DNA from: a bacterium
Lineage (GTDB): Bacteria > UBA8248 > JACPRG01 > G963555815
NCBI GenBank assembly: GCA_965218795.1
Contig: OZ244653.1
Coordinates: 4,634,472-4,698,471 of the forward strand
Length of the DNA: 64,000 nt
Direction: 5' to 3'
Below the pieces are notes generated by a model, which saw only the letters and a list, made by a program, of their open reading frames with translations, was not told the DNA's origin and made no database searches. Made by a program: the position numbers and the translations under genes. Position 1 is the first letter of the stretch; each line of letters starts with the position of its first letter. Positions 38,976-49,056 of the stretch are shown piece after piece.

Positions 38976-41915
38976 TCAAAGGCCCAAGTCCATCTCGACC
39001 CGTTTCCCACGGTCCGGCGCAGCCGGCTCCCGGTTCCTCACGACCGGCTCGGTCTCTTTCCCGGCCGCCTCGCTCCCGCCTCGGTCCGTATCCCGGGTGG
39101 CTTCTGTCTCCCGCGCCGCCGTCCGTCCCGCTTTCGCATCGGCTTCCATGCCCTTTGTCCGCTCGTCCCGCGCCGCCTCTCCGATCCCCTCCAGCGCCGA
39201 GACCCGCTCGCCCGTCGCGGTTTCGAGTTGCTCGCGCAGTCGCGCCGCATCGTCCGTCACCAACTCGGCCCGGTCGCGGGCGCGGCTGATCTCCACATAG
39301 AAGCTCTTCTGCGTGGTGAGGTGGGGGTGATTGGCCTCCATCGCCGCGATCACGTTGTCCACCGTCCGCCCCTGAAAGGCATGCACGGTCGAGGCCCAGG
39401 CGTGGTCGAGATGGCGCAATTGGGGATCGCCCGCCTTCATGTCGAGCATGCGCCCGTCCTCCAGACGGAAGGTCACACGGCCGTCCTTCACGCTCGCGAC
39501 CTCGGCGGTGCGGCTGTTGACGAGGCCGAGGCCCTTGTCGTTGCGGGTCCAGCGGATGCGCTCCCCGGCGCGAAGCTCGATGCCCTCGGCGCGGTAAACC
39601 TCGACGCCGCCGGACCGCCCGGCGATCCGGCCCGGCTTCCAGGGAACGGTAGCGCCGTCCCCGCCTTCGAGTATCACCGTATGGCTCTTGTGATCCACGC
39701 CGGCAACCCGGCGCTCGTCGCCCTTGTCGACCCCCAGGGTCTTGTAGGGGCGATGGAAGGCGACGATATCGCCCTCGGCGTAGTTGGCCGCGAGCGATTT
39801 CTCGGCGTTCGTGTAGCCGTGGGAGACCAGCCGCTCGCCCGTGAAGGCGGGGCCGTGGATCCTGCCGTCGCGCGCGAGGCGCTCCCGGATATGGCCGTTG
39901 ATCTCCCGGCGAAGCTCATGGCTCGGCGCCATGACGCCGGTGTTCTCTCTCGCCTCGGGGGACAGCTTGAGCCAGCGCGCCGCCACCGCGCCCGCGATGT
40001 TGTCGGCCTGGACCTCGGCCACGTTGGGGCCGAGCTTCTCGAAGGCCCTGCCGATCTCGCCGGCGAGGCTCGCCTCCACGGCCGCCTTCAGCTCCGGGTC
40101 GCGCTGGCGCAGGATCTCGTCCATCACCGCCGTCTTCATCCCTGCCCGCTGCAACTGCGCAAAGGGTTTACCGGCGTCGACCGCGTCGAGCTGCTTCTCG
40201 TCGCCGACCAGGACCACGCGGGGAAGGCGCAATACGTTAGCGATCCTCAGGAGGTCGCGGGCCTGGACGGTGGAGGCGAGCGAGCCCTCGTCCACCACCA
40301 GCACGGTCTTCGCGAACGCCGCGCGCATCTCCTTCTCGCCCTTCTTCGTCAAACGCCCTTCGGCGACCCCGGCGTTCCGCGCGAGGAAGCGTTGCAGGGT
40401 CTCGCTCTCGATCCCGGCTTCGGTCGCCAGCGTCTTCACCGCCGAGGCCGAAGGGGCCAGTCCCATCATGCGGTAGCTGTTCTTCTCCGCGAGCGCGCGG
40501 GCGCGGTTCAGCATGGTGGTCTTGCCGGTGCCGGCATAGCCCTGCACGCCGACGACGCGGTCCTTCGAAGACAGGATCAGCTTGACCGCCTGCTTCTGGC
40601 CCTCGGTGAGCGGTCCCTTGTGCAGCCGCGCGCTCGCCATCCAGCTTCGCATCACCACCGGGCTTCTGTCCTGTCCGCCCTGCATCAGCCCGATCGTCTC
40701 GCGCTCGTCGGCGAGGGCCTTGTCGGTGGTCAGGCCGTCGCCTGCATGCAATGCCGGCGCGGCATGGAGCCGTCCCTGACCTTCGAGATCGCCCAACGCC
40801 TTCTCCGCGGCCTCGACGGACACGGCGCCCGGTTGCCAGGCGAGCGCGGCGGCGAGCAGATCGGCGCGCGAGAACACCGCCTCGCGTTCGGCGAGATGCG
40901 CCGTCGCCCATTCCGCGGCCTCGGCCGAAGCGGGATCGATATCCCGTGCGGGAGCGTTCTCCCGGCCGGAGTCCCTGCCGGCTTCCCTCACCGCGGCCTC
41001 GGCGGCGAGCGCCCGCGCGTCGAACCCCAGCCCGGCGGCCTGCTTCTCCCAGCTTGCCCTGAGCGCCACCTTCTCGACCTCGCGCTTGTGGGCCCGGGTC
41101 ATCAGCGCCGCGCGCTCGGCCAGGCGCTGGTTCTCGGCGGTGCCGCTCATGCCCCGCTCGGCCATGGCCGCTTCGATCTCCGCCCGCCGGGTCGAGAACG
41201 CCTCGATCGCCTTGCGTGGGACCCCGGCGATCTCGAAGCGTCCGTCGGCATGGCTCTTCTCGATGCCGTAACCGAGCTTGCCCAACTCCCGCGCGAGCTC
41301 GCTCCGGTAGATCATGCCGATCAGCTTCTGGCGGCGGTAGAGCGCCTCGTTGGCCATGGTCCGCCACTTGCCGTCCCCGCCCTGGACCATGTTGGCGAGG
41401 ACCGCGTGGGTGTGGAGCTGGGGATCGAGATTGCGCGAGGCGTCGTGCCGGAAGGTCGCGGCCACCGTCTTCTGGTCCCCGGCCCGGACCATGCGTCCGG
41501 TCTCCGGGTCCTTCAACCGGGTCTCGGCGGCGTTGCCCTCGATCCAGGCCAGCGAGCGCTTGACCGCCCGGTCATGGGCGTCGACCACGCGCCCGTCGCC
41601 GCCGATCAGCGCCGCCAGCGAGACGGATTTTGGGGCCGAGAAGGTGAGATCCCGCCCGGGCCGGTGCTGCAGGGCCCCATCGGGTCCCCCGCGTCCGAGT
41701 TGCCGTCCGGTCCCGTCGAGTACCTTGCCCTCCAGCACCGCCTTGAAGAGGTCCGGCTCGACCGGACCGGAGAGGCCGAGGTCCTCCGCGCCCTTGCCGG
41801 TCCAGGCGCTCGCGTCCCTGTGGGCCGGGTCGTCCCTGGCGTAGTAGCCGTCCCTCTCGTAATAGGAGATGCCCTGGGCCGAGGACGCGACGGCGCCGAT
41901 CGAGACGACCATCAC
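38976..41915 (-). CDS. traI: Conjugative relaxase-helicase, TrwC/TraI (MOBF) family
   Basis: 979 aa. N-terminal relaxase domain (..ISYYERDGYY.., HTHAVLANM). C-terminal RecD-like helicase (VVGVQGYAGTGKTTML, VLVVDEGSLAST, VVLVGDEKQLDAVDAGKPF). Confidence 0.9.
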   Translation of the reverse strand: MMVVSIGAVASSAQGISYYERDGYYARDDPAHRDASAWTGKGAEDLGLSGPVEPDLFKAVLEGKVLDGTGRQLGRGGPDGALQHRPGRDLTFSAPKSVSLAALIGGDGRVVDAHDRAVKRSLAWIEGNAAETRLKDPETGRMVRAGDQKTVAATFRHDASRNLDPQLHTHAVLANMVQGGDGKWRTMANEALYRRQKLIGMIYRSELARELGKLGYGIEKSHADGRFEIAGVPRKAIEAFSTRRAEIEAAMAERGMSGTAENQRLAERAALMTRAHKREVEKVALRASWEKQAAGLGFDARALAAEAAVREAGRDSGRENAPARDIDPASAEAAEWATAHLAEREAVFSRADLLAAALAWQPGAVSVEAAEKALGDLEGQGRLHAAPALHAGDGLTTDKALADERETIGLMQGGQDRSPVVMRSWMASARLHKGPLTEGQKQAVKLILSSKDRVVGVQGYAGTGKTTMLNRARALAEKNSYRMMGLAPSASAVKTLATEAGIESETLQRFLARNAGVAEGRLTKKGEKEMRAAFAKTVLVVDEGSLASTVQARDLLRIANVLRLPRVVLVGDEKQLDAVDAGKPFAQLQRAGMKTAVMDEILRQRDPELKAAVEASLAGEIGRAFEKLGPNVAEVQADNIAGAVAARWLKLSPEARENTGVMAPSHELRREINGHIRERLARDGRIHGPAFTGERLVSHGYTNAEKSLAANYAEGDIVAFHRPYKTLGVDKGDERRVAGVDHKSHTVILEGGDGATVPWKPGRIAGRSGGVEVYRAEGIELRAGERIRWTRNDKGLGLVNSRTAEVASVKDGRVTFRLEDGRMLDMKAGDPQLRHLDHAWASTVHAFQGRTVDNVIAAMEANHPHLTTQKSFYVEISRARDRAELVTDDAARLREQLETATGERVSALEGIGEAARDERTKGMEADAKAGRTAARETEATRDTDRGGSEAAGKETEPVVRNREPAAPDRGKRVEMDLGL

Positions 41916-43852
41916 AGCCAGTCGGGCGGACAGCGCCCGTCCGCGCCGCCGGCGCCGTTGTCCTCGGGTTTATCCTGATCGGCCGCGGGGTCTTCCCGTT
42001 GCCCGGAAAGGACGGAATCCCGGCCGCCGGAACCGGCAGCCGGGACCTCGGGCATTTCCGCGCCTTCCGCTTCCACCGCGCGGCATTCGGCCGGGGCCGG
42101 CTCGAGACCGAGCTCGGGTTGATCGCCGGTCCATCCGGCCGCCGAACCCGCCGCGCCCGTATCGCCATTCTCACTTTCGTTCCCGGCATCGCCCGGGGCC
42201 GGGGCATCGGTGTCGTGCCTGCTTCCGGAATCGGCCGCGGTCACATCGGAGACCCAACCGCCTTGCTCCGAAGGACCTTCCTCCCTTGGCACGAACCGTT
42301 CGGCCGCCTTGGGCCTCTTGACGTAGTCGAGCTTGATCCGGGCCACGGGCCACGGCCCCGGGAACTTCAGATACCCCTGCAGGTTCTTAAGCCGCATGAT
42401 CTCCGACGGCAGGGCCAAAGAACGCATCTCCCGGCGCTGGGTCAGCGACACCCCGTCCCGCAGGACGCTCGCCCCGTAGCTCAGGCCGTGGGAATACTCC
42501 TCCACCTCGCCCCGCCCCAGGCTCTCGGCCGACCACCGGGCCGTCTCCTGGTCGGGCGCGGCCAGGACCACCCGGGTGCCGCACAGCCCGGAGATGGTCT
42601 CCGCCCCGTTCTTTCCGTAGAGGTCGCGCAAGGCCGAGATCACCTGGATCCCGAGCACGAAGCACCCGCCGAACTGTCGGGATTCCGCGAGCCCCGGCTG
42701 GAGGCTCGGCACCTGATGGAGGGTGGGCAGCTCGTCCAGGACCACCCAGACCCTGCGCGCGTCGTCCTGATGGAGGGACAGAAGCGCGTTGACCGCGATC
42801 TCCAGCCAGGTGGAGATGAGCCCCCGCAGGCTCGCGTGCTGGTCGCCCCTCGAGGTCAGGAACAGGAACCCCGTCCCGTCCTCCCTCCCCACCCAGTCCC
42901 GGATCGAGAAGGGCTCTCCCGTATCGGGCAGGAACTCGAGGGCCCCGAGGTGCGCGGTCAGCATGGCCCGGACCGAGAGGGCGGTCTTGGGGTTTTCGGG
43001 ATCCACGATGGACTGGGCCACCGTGCCCTCCATGGCCCGGGCCAGGGCCGTCAGGTCGGTCTTGAGCAGGTGGTCGACCAGCACCCGGTTTTCGGTCACG
43101 CCCTGCTTCCAGAGCACGCCCGCGCCGTTGGAGAACAGTTGCCTGGCGGCGGTGACCCAGAAGGGGTCCACCGTGTCCTTCTGCTGGGGGATGAGGGCGG
43201 CCGCCATCATGTCGAAGTCCCGGGGGGTCCTGGCCTCGAAGAAGGGGGACCAGCGCGGCGCCCGGGCATCCAGGGGGTTCATCAGCACGGTCTTGCCCGA
43301 GCCGGTGGTGCCGGAGACGATGGTGTGCTGGGTCTCGGCGCGTTCTGGCCATGGGATCCCGGCGATACGGCAGGAGGCCCGGCGCGCGGCGGGGAACAGG
43401 GCCTCGGCCAGGCGGAGCGAAAGAGGCTGCACGCGCCTTCTCAGCTCCCGGGACGTGGCCATTTCCGCGCCGCGGACCGCGCCTCCCGCGCCGATCCAGA
43501 GGCCGAGCCACGCCTTGGCGTAGACGGTGTGGAGCAGACGTTTGCGGATCCGTTCGATCCTGGGGTCTGAGGCGATGTCGACGATCCTGAGCGTCGTCTT
43601 CTCGCCCTCTCGCCACTCGTACGCCTGGAGGGAATGGCGCGGATACCCGAGTGCGAGCTTGACCTGGGCGAGGGTACCCGTTCCGACGAGGCGCCATTCA
43701 TGGGCGGTGGTGGTGCGGAACAGGGCGATGGCGGGGACCAGGACGACCGTCAGGGCGATGCCGAAAAGCCCCCAGCGGACCAGCTGGCCCCACATGTGGA
43801 CGTCGTGGACCAGGGTCTGGCCGCCCCTGAGCGTTGCGTTGCCGAACATCAT
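41912..43852 (-). CDS. traD: Type IV secretion coupling protein (TraD/TrwB/VirD4 family)
   Basis: 646-aa ORF (the real start may be MWGQ.. near 43795). N-terminal TM region, Walker A TIVSGTTGSGKT. The stop overlaps the relaxase start (ATGA). Confidence 0.85.
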   Translation of the reverse strand: MMFGNATLRGGQTLVHDVHMWGQLVRWGLFGIALTVVLVPAIALFRTTTAHEWRLVGTGTLAQVKLALGYPRHSLQAYEWREGEKTTLRIVDIASDPRIERIRKRLLHTVYAKAWLGLWIGAGGAVRGAEMATSRELRRRVQPLSLRLAEALFPAARRASCRIAGIPWPERAETQHTIVSGTTGSGKTVLMNPLDARAPRWSPFFEARTPRDFDMMAAALIPQQKDTVDPFWVTAARQLFSNGAGVLWKQGVTENRVLVDHLLKTDLTALARAMEGTVAQSIVDPENPKTALSVRAMLTAHLGALEFLPDTGEPFSIRDWVGREDGTGFLFLTSRGDQHASLRGLISTWLEIAVNALLSLHQDDARRVWVVLDELPTLHQVPSLQPGLAESRQFGGCFVLGIQVISALRDLYGKNGAETISGLCGTRVVLAAPDQETARWSAESLGRGEVEEYSHGLSYGASVLRDGVSLTQRREMRSLALPSEIMRLKNLQGYLKFPGPWPVARIKLDYVKRPKAAERFVPREEGPSEQGGWVSDVTAADSGSRHDTDAPAPGDAGNESENGDTGAAGSAAGWTGDQPELGLEPAPAECRAVEAEGAEMPEVPAAGSGGRDSVLSGQREDPAADQDKPEDNGAGGADGRCPPDWL

Positions 43853-44018
43853 CGGGTCCTCCCGTTCGAGGTTATGTGGATAGCGGCGGTCTTGGCGCCG
43901 TTGTGTTGCGATGCGCCGGGCGGGAGGCCGAGGAAGGCGGGGTCAAGGGCGCGGGACGCCGGGGCCGGAGAGGCTGGCGCCCGCGATGTCTTGAACCGCA
44001 ACCCCGGAGGAACCACCC

Positions 44019-44387
44019 ATGTCCAATCCACCCGACCCATCCAACGGCTGGCGCGCCCGGGCCTTCGTCCTCGGCGGGATCGCACTCGCCCTTGCCGTCA
44101 CCGTCGTTTCCGTGGCCGCCGGGACCGGTGTCCGCTTCCTGGGGGGCATCTGGTTCTGGGCGGCGATCTGGACCGTTCTGGCCGGACTCACGTGCACCCT
44201 GTGGCGGGGGTTCCGCCATGGGGACTGGTCCGCCTTCGGCCGCTGCGGGCTCCCGGAAGAGGGCGGTGACCGGTTCGACTGGTCGACCCGGACCGGCCGC
44301 TATGCCTGGCTCCGCGATCTCGAGGATCCACATCTCCACGACCACGATCCCCTTCGCGGTCATGGCCCCAGCACCTGGTCCCCGTAG
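44019..44387 (+). CDS. Small hypothetical membrane protein (two predicted TM helices)
   Basis: 122 aa, hydrophobic stretches GGIALALAVTVVSVAAG and IWFWAAIWTVLAGL. Sits between divergent transfer genes. It may not be real. Confidence 0.3.
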   Translation: MSNPPDPSNGWRARAFVLGGIALALAVTVVSVAAGTGVRFLGGIWFWAAIWTVLAGLTCTLWRGFRHGDWSAFGRCGLPEEGGDRFDWSTRTGRYAWLRDLEDPHLHDHDPLRGHGPSTWSP

Positions 44388-45091
44388 AAGGGACCGTCGC
44401 GTCCGCGGTCGTCCTTCTCACCCTTCTTCCCCCGGTCCGGCGCCGCGTTCCTGGCCGTTCCGTAGAGTTTTCCCGCGAGCCACTCGCCGATGAACGGCGC
44501 CTCCTTCGCGGCGTGCTCCTGAAAAGGTTTGGCGAGCTCGGCCTTTACGCCTTCACGGCCCCGCGCCATGCCGGCCTTCACGTCCTTGGCCCGCTCCTCT
44601 CGTCCCGCTTGCCGGGCCCTCAGATCATGCTCGGTCTGGGCGCGCCCGCGCCTTGCCCGGGTCTCGACCTTGCCCGGCCCGGCCCCGCGTCCCCGGTCGC
44701 GCACCGCGTCCGACCAACCGCCCCAGGCCGCCTCGGTCTCTCTCGCGTGCGACTCCTTCAGCCCGTCGCGCGTCCGCTCGTAATCCGCCAGCCCCGGGAC
44801 CGAGGCCGGGTCAGGTCCCTCGGGCGTTGGGAAACGCTCCGCGATAAAGGCGGCGGCATGCGCGCGCAGCTCTTCGGCATCCTCCGGGGTCTGGGGCGAG
44901 GCGAGCCGCATGGCGCCGGCCACGCCGATCTCGCGGCCGCCGGCGCCAGGCCGGGCGGTCAGCCAGGCGAAGAAGGGCTGGCCGAGCTCCCGGTCGATGG
45001 CCCGGGACCGGCTTCGCACCTCGGCCGCCTGAGAGATCCAGCTCTCGGCTTCCCGGTGGCTCAGGGCCTCCTGCTCGCCGTAGCGGCGCAT
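44360..45091 (-). CDS. Hypothetical charged protein; possibly the C-terminal part of a frame-broken traG
   Basis: 243 aa, Arg/Glu/Ala-rich. Its start lies 31 nt upstream of the TraG(N) stop in another frame, the pattern an internal frameshift would produce. There is no independent motif support. Confidence 0.35.
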   Translation of the reverse strand: MRRYGEQEALSHREAESWISQAAEVRSRSRAIDRELGQPFFAWLTARPGAGGREIGVAGAMRLASPQTPEDAEELRAHAAAFIAERFPTPEGPDPASVPGLADYERTRDGLKESHARETEAAWGGWSDAVRDRGRGAGPGKVETRARRGRAQTEHDLRARQAGREERAKDVKAGMARGREGVKAELAKPFQEHAAKEAPFIGEWLAGKLYGTARNAAPDRGKKGEKDDRGRDGPFYGDQVLGP

Positions 45092-46299
45092 CCGGGGGTC
45101 AGGTTGGCGCCAAAACTTTCCTCCAGGCTCTTGAGCTCGCTCTCGCCCGAGGCGGTGGAGTAGCGCCTGGAGGCTTCGGCGACCCGGGACCAGAGATCGA
45201 GCACTTGGTTCTGCTCGGCATAGTCGGTCATCCGGTTCCAGGCCTCCCGGCCGAAGGTCTGGCCCCGCCAGCTCGCCGAACCGTCGGCGCCGAACTTCAC
45301 GATGAAGTCGAAGCCCCCTCCCACCTTGGCCTCGCCCGACCAGTGCCGGGCCTGCTCCCGGGCCGCGCCTGCCCGGCTCTCGTGGCTGACCGCAAGGGAT
45401 TCGGAGAGCCGGACGCCCGCCGCGGGGATCCGGCTGGTGGCGGCGCCGGCGTCCATGACCGCGGCGCCGTCGCCGGTCACGGTGAAGGCCGCGCCCTCCG
45501 GGGCGAAGCCGGTATAGCGGTCCGTATCGACGTGCATGGAGGTGCGGAGCTGCCGGCCCTCAAGCGTCGCGAAGCGGTGGACGTCGGCCTGGGTGTTGGC
45601 GAGGGAGATGTTGCCCGTCGTGCCCTCGTGGGCGGCCGAGGAGGCCGCGTCCTGGCCGACCGGCATCAGCGCGCCCGCGCTCATGCGTTCGGGCGAGGCC
45701 CCGGCGGACGGCGATCCCGTGGCGGTGACGAGCGACCAGATATCGGTGCTCTCGCGCAGGTCGTCGGCCGAGACGTGGCCCAGGAGCAGGGCGTGGAACA
45801 CGCATTGTCTCGCATAGGCCCGGAGGTTCCGGGCGAACACCGTATCGGTCACCTCCATGCGGGTCGCGGCGGCCGCGAGCCTCGCGCCGAAGATCAGGCC
45901 GTGGCGGCGGTAGGTCAGGTCGTCCGGAAGGGAGAAGGCCTGTTCGGTCAGCCGTGTCAGGCCGTCACCCACCTGGCTCGTCAGGGAGGCGAAGAGGGCC
46001 AGGCCGAGCGGGACGTTGTCGATGACCGCGGGCGCCAGCGCCGGGTCGAGTCGATCCACCACCCGGACGGTCGCCTTGGGCACGATCATCGCGCCCCAGA
46101 CGGCGACGAAGAGGAGGATCCACTTGGCGTTGTCCTTCCACGAGCCGCCGAAGGCGGTGCGGAACAGGGCCCAGGCGAGCCCGGCGATGCCCGCGATCCG
46201 GGCCAGGGTCACGAAGGCCCCGCCGCCGGTGATCGCAGCGACCGCGTTCAGGAGGTCGACCAGATAGGTCCCGCCGCCCAGGGTGAAGAGCTCGTACAT
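45061..46299 (-). CDS. traG: F-type TraG, N-terminal (mating-pair stabilisation / pilus assembly) domain only
   Basis: 412 aa. MYELFTLGGGTYLVDLLNAVAAITGGG...ILLFVAVWGAMIVPKATVRVVD matches the conserved F-TraG N-terminus. Full-length F TraG is about twice this size. Confidence 0.75.
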   Translation of the reverse strand: MYELFTLGGGTYLVDLLNAVAAITGGGAFVTLARIAGIAGLAWALFRTAFGGSWKDNAKWILLFVAVWGAMIVPKATVRVVDRLDPALAPAVIDNVPLGLALFASLTSQVGDGLTRLTEQAFSLPDDLTYRRHGLIFGARLAAAATRMEVTDTVFARNLRAYARQCVFHALLLGHVSADDLRESTDIWSLVTATGSPSAGASPERMSAGALMPVGQDAASSAAHEGTTGNISLANTQADVHRFATLEGRQLRTSMHVDTDRYTGFAPEGAAFTVTGDGAAVMDAGAATSRIPAAGVRLSESLAVSHESRAGAAREQARHWSGEAKVGGGFDFIVKFGADGSASWRGQTFGREAWNRMTDYAEQNQVLDLWSRVAEASRRYSTASGESELKSLEESFGANLTPGCAATASRRP

Positions 46300-46321
46300 G
46301 GTCGCGTTCTCCCGATATTGT

Positions 46322-47356
46322 TTATCGGGCCCCTGCGCCGCCCCGTGAGAAGGCCAGCGCCGCCCTGAGTTCGGCCGAGAGCGCGCCCGCGAGCTCGGTC
46401 TCGATCAGCCTGAGCTTCTCCACCACGGCGAGGGCGGTGTTGAACCGCTCCAGCCCCTCATGACGGTGTCTGGCGAGGGCGGTCCGGTTCCGGCGCAGCC
46501 CCTCGCGCCAGCGCTCCAGCTGGTCGTGGTCGGCGATGTCGAGGGTGCCGGCGCGTTCCTCGATTGTCCTGTGCAGGTCCGAGATCCAGACCTGGAGCAC
46601 GTCCAGGGCCACGGCCTCGGCCAGGGCGTCCACCTCCTGGTCCACCACCGCGCCGCGATAGGCGGCGGCGGTGTTGATGACCCGGTAGACCGGCAGGGTG
46701 GTGAGATTGACGAGCCCCAATGCGTCCGCCGGGGGCGCCGTGTCGGCGCGCACCGCCTCGACCAGCCGGCGGAGCAGGCCGGCGACCCGGTCCCGGAATC
46801 CCCGGGCCGCCGGCACGGTGAGCCGTCCGAGGACGGGGTTGAGGCAGTCCACGGAGGTGTCGCAGCGGTAGACCGGGAGGTCGCCTCCCCCCTCCATCAG
46901 GATCTCGGTCACCCGGCGGTCAAGGGCCAGGGGCTCCAGGATGCGTATCCTGGGGCCGGAATCGTCGCTGTCCGAGACCGGGGCGGTGACGATCGCGGTG
47001 CCCGAGATCGACATGGCGAACTCGCCGAGGTCGCGGTCGGACGCCAGGAAGCCCGACGCCCTCACCGCGCGCCAGGCGTAGTTGACGTTGACCGGGGCCT
47101 GGTCCTTGAGCGGTCCCGAGGCGGCGGCCAGGGTCGAGTGGCGCTTGCCGTCCGCGCCGCAGCCGTGGCGCGCGGCCGCGTAGTCGGAGAAGATCCCCTG
47201 TCTCGTGCCGATGGCCGCGCAGATCGCAGCGCTCGCCCGGTCGTTTTTGGACCAGACCGCCCCGACCAGGGCCTGGGCGGTCTCGCAGGAGTTGAGGTTC
47301 TGGCTGTTCACCCACTGGGCCAGGGCCCGGAGCTTGGACAGGGTCTCGGCGATCAC
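46322..47356 (-). CDS. traH: F-type TraH (pilus assembly), apparently lacking the N-terminal ~125 aa incl. signal peptide
   Basis: 344-aa ORF starting on GTG. ..LNSCETAQALVGAVWSKNDRASAAICAAIGTRQGIFSDYAAARHGCG.. aligns to the middle of F TraH. The upstream part would overlap the TrbB-like gene. Confidence 0.7.
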   Translation of the reverse strand: MIAETLSKLRALAQWVNSQNLNSCETAQALVGAVWSKNDRASAAICAAIGTRQGIFSDYAAARHGCGADGKRHSTLAAASGPLKDQAPVNVNYAWRAVRASGFLASDRDLGEFAMSISGTAIVTAPVSDSDDSGPRIRILEPLALDRRVTEILMEGGGDLPVYRCDTSVDCLNPVLGRLTVPAARGFRDRVAGLLRRLVEAVRADTAPPADALGLVNLTTLPVYRVINTAAAYRGAVVDQEVDALAEAVALDVLQVWISDLHRTIEERAGTLDIADHDQLERWREGLRRNRTALARHRHEGLERFNTALAVVEKLRLIETELAGALSAELRAALAFSRGGAGAR

Positions 47357-47909
47357 GGGCGAGATGGTCCTCGGCGACCACGCCGAAGGAGACCGGCAGC
47401 GTCCGTCGGGTTCGCGTGTCGTAGAGGACCACGGCGGGGAAGACTGGGGCCTTGAGGCCGAGCCGCTCGGCCCGGCCCTGGTCGGGGACCGCCTCGGGCC
47501 ATCCCTCGAGGGGCTCGCCCGTCATCGAGACCGCGAGCACGTCGAGTCCGTGACGGAGCGCGAAGGCGCGCAGAAGCGGACCGAACACCCGGCATCCCGG
47601 GCATTGCGCATGGCCGAGATAGATGAGGCCGTAACGCTCCCCGAGCCGGGCCAGGACGGCGTCGCGCTCGGCCCGGCGCTGCTCCGACCAGACCTGCTTG
47701 GCGAGCGCGCCCACCGGACGCTTCAGGGTGTAATCGAGATCGGGGCTCGCCCAGACCGTGCGGCGGAAGGCGTCCGAGAAGGAGGCGGCCCTTTGCAGGG
47801 CCTCCTGCTGGAGGCGCAGGTAGGCCGTGACGTTCCCCTCGCTCGGGTCCAGGATGGCCCGGGCCCGGGCTTCCTCCAAGTCCCGGCGTATCTTCAAGAC
47901 GCGTGCCAT
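47357..47909 (-). CDS. TraF/TrbB-family thioredoxin-fold protein with CPGC active-site motif (TrbB-like disulfide isomerase)
   Basis: Real start MARVLKIRRDLEE.. at 47909. ..LIYLGHAQCPGCRVFGPLL.. carries a CxxC motif. The annotated ORF (46920-48068) continues as low-complexity read-through over traH, so the 3' end is approximate. Confidence 0.65.
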
Positions 47910-47979
47910 CGCGGTCCCGGGCGGCGAGGACCCGGCAGGAGGCAGGCGAGGGCGTACGGGATGGTCATGGCCGCCTCCT

Positions 47980-49056
47980 TCACTTGCTCTTGGTGTAGAA
48001 GTCATGGATGCGCTCGCGCATCGCCGCGCCGGTTCGGCCGGCTTCCGGAAGCTCGATAGAGGGCTCATGCGACCCGTCGATCAGGTTCTCGGCGAACTCG
48101 GAGAGGTCCACGGCCTCGAAGTCGATGCGCTCCATCTCGTCGACCGTGAAGCCGCGGCAGCTGCCCCAGCCGATCCCGAGCTGGCCGCGCGTCGCTTCCT
48201 GCAGGATGCGCCCGAGCTTCGAGCCGAACACGCACCAGGAACGTTTCCAGCGGATGCACACGCCGAAGATCCGCTTCGCGCATCCACGGCCCAGGTAATG
48301 CGTGTTCCCGGCGTGGCGCTCCTCGGCCAGGAGGCGTTCCTCCCTGGTGCAGCCGGCCACGCCCACGAGCGCGCCCGAGTTCCTGCAGCAATCGGCGAGC
48401 CCGCCCCACTGGATCCGGCAGGACCGGCGATCGCCTTGGAAGAACCGGAGGTTTTGGCGGTCGAATTCCTCGCCGCCCAGCTCGATGGCCATGTTGAGCC
48501 GGGCCGCCGAATCGACGAACCCGGTGTTTGCCCGGGACGGCGCGGTCCCGCAGTCGGCCCCCACGCACCAGGAGACCGAGCCGCAATGGCCGCCGGCCTC
48601 GGCGCGCTCGAGTCCCGCCTCGCAGTCCGTCACCGATCCGGAGGCGATCCCGTCCGCGCCCCAGAGAGGGGAATCGGCGTCGCCTTCGATCCCGTCCCCG
48701 CGCTGCGCGATCGGATCGTCCGCCTTGACCGGCGCGTCCGGACGCGCGGCCGCGCCCTCGATCACGGAGCGTCCGGCTTGGCCTCCGGGATCGACTGGAT
48801 CGGCCAGCACCTGGTTCGCGGCGTCCTCCAGATCGCCGGCGCCCAGGCCTCTCTCGGGCAGGTTCGTTCCAGCGTAGCCCGGCACATGAGCGGTTGAATC
48901 CGCATCCTTCGCGATGGCCCCTGCCGCGGCCTGTCCCGCTTGGCCGATCGCGCGGGCCGCCGCTGCCGGGTCTTCGGCCTTGGCGTTGCCGGTGGTCAGG
49001 TACGCCAGGACCGGTAGAGCCAAGACGAAGGCTTTCATTCCGTTTTTTCGGCTCAT
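47980..49056 (-). CDS. traN: F-type TraN (cysteine-rich outer-membrane mating-pair stabilisation protein), short form
   Basis: Real start MSRKNGMKAFVLALPVLAYL (signal peptide) at about 49056. Cys-rich C-terminal half (..TDCEAG..GHCGS..WCVGADCG...CCRN..GCT...CAKRIFGVC..). Confidence 0.75.
   Translation of the reverse strand: MSRKNGMKAFVLALPVLAYLTTGNAKAEDPAAAARAIGQAGQAAAGAIAKDADSTAHVPGYAGTNLPERGLGAGDLEDAANQVLADPVDPGGQAGRSVIEGAAARPDAPVKADDPIAQRGDGIEGDADSPLWGADGIASGSVTDCEAGLERAEAGGHCGSVSWCVGADCGTAPSRANTGFVDSAARLNMAIELGGEEFDRQNLRFFQGDRRSCRIQWGGLADCCRNSGALVGVAGCTREERLLAEERHAGNTHYLGRGCAKRIFGVCIRWKRSWCVFGSKLGRILQEATRGQLGIGWGSCRGFTVDEMERIDFEAVDLSEFAENLIDGSHEPSIELPEAGRTGAAMRERIHDFYTKSK

Noticed and set aside
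39228-43570. 916-aa and 523-aa + strand ORFs opposite the relaxase and coupling-protein genes
   Set aside because: They have no motifs and biased composition. The minus-strand TraI and TraD calls are unambiguous.
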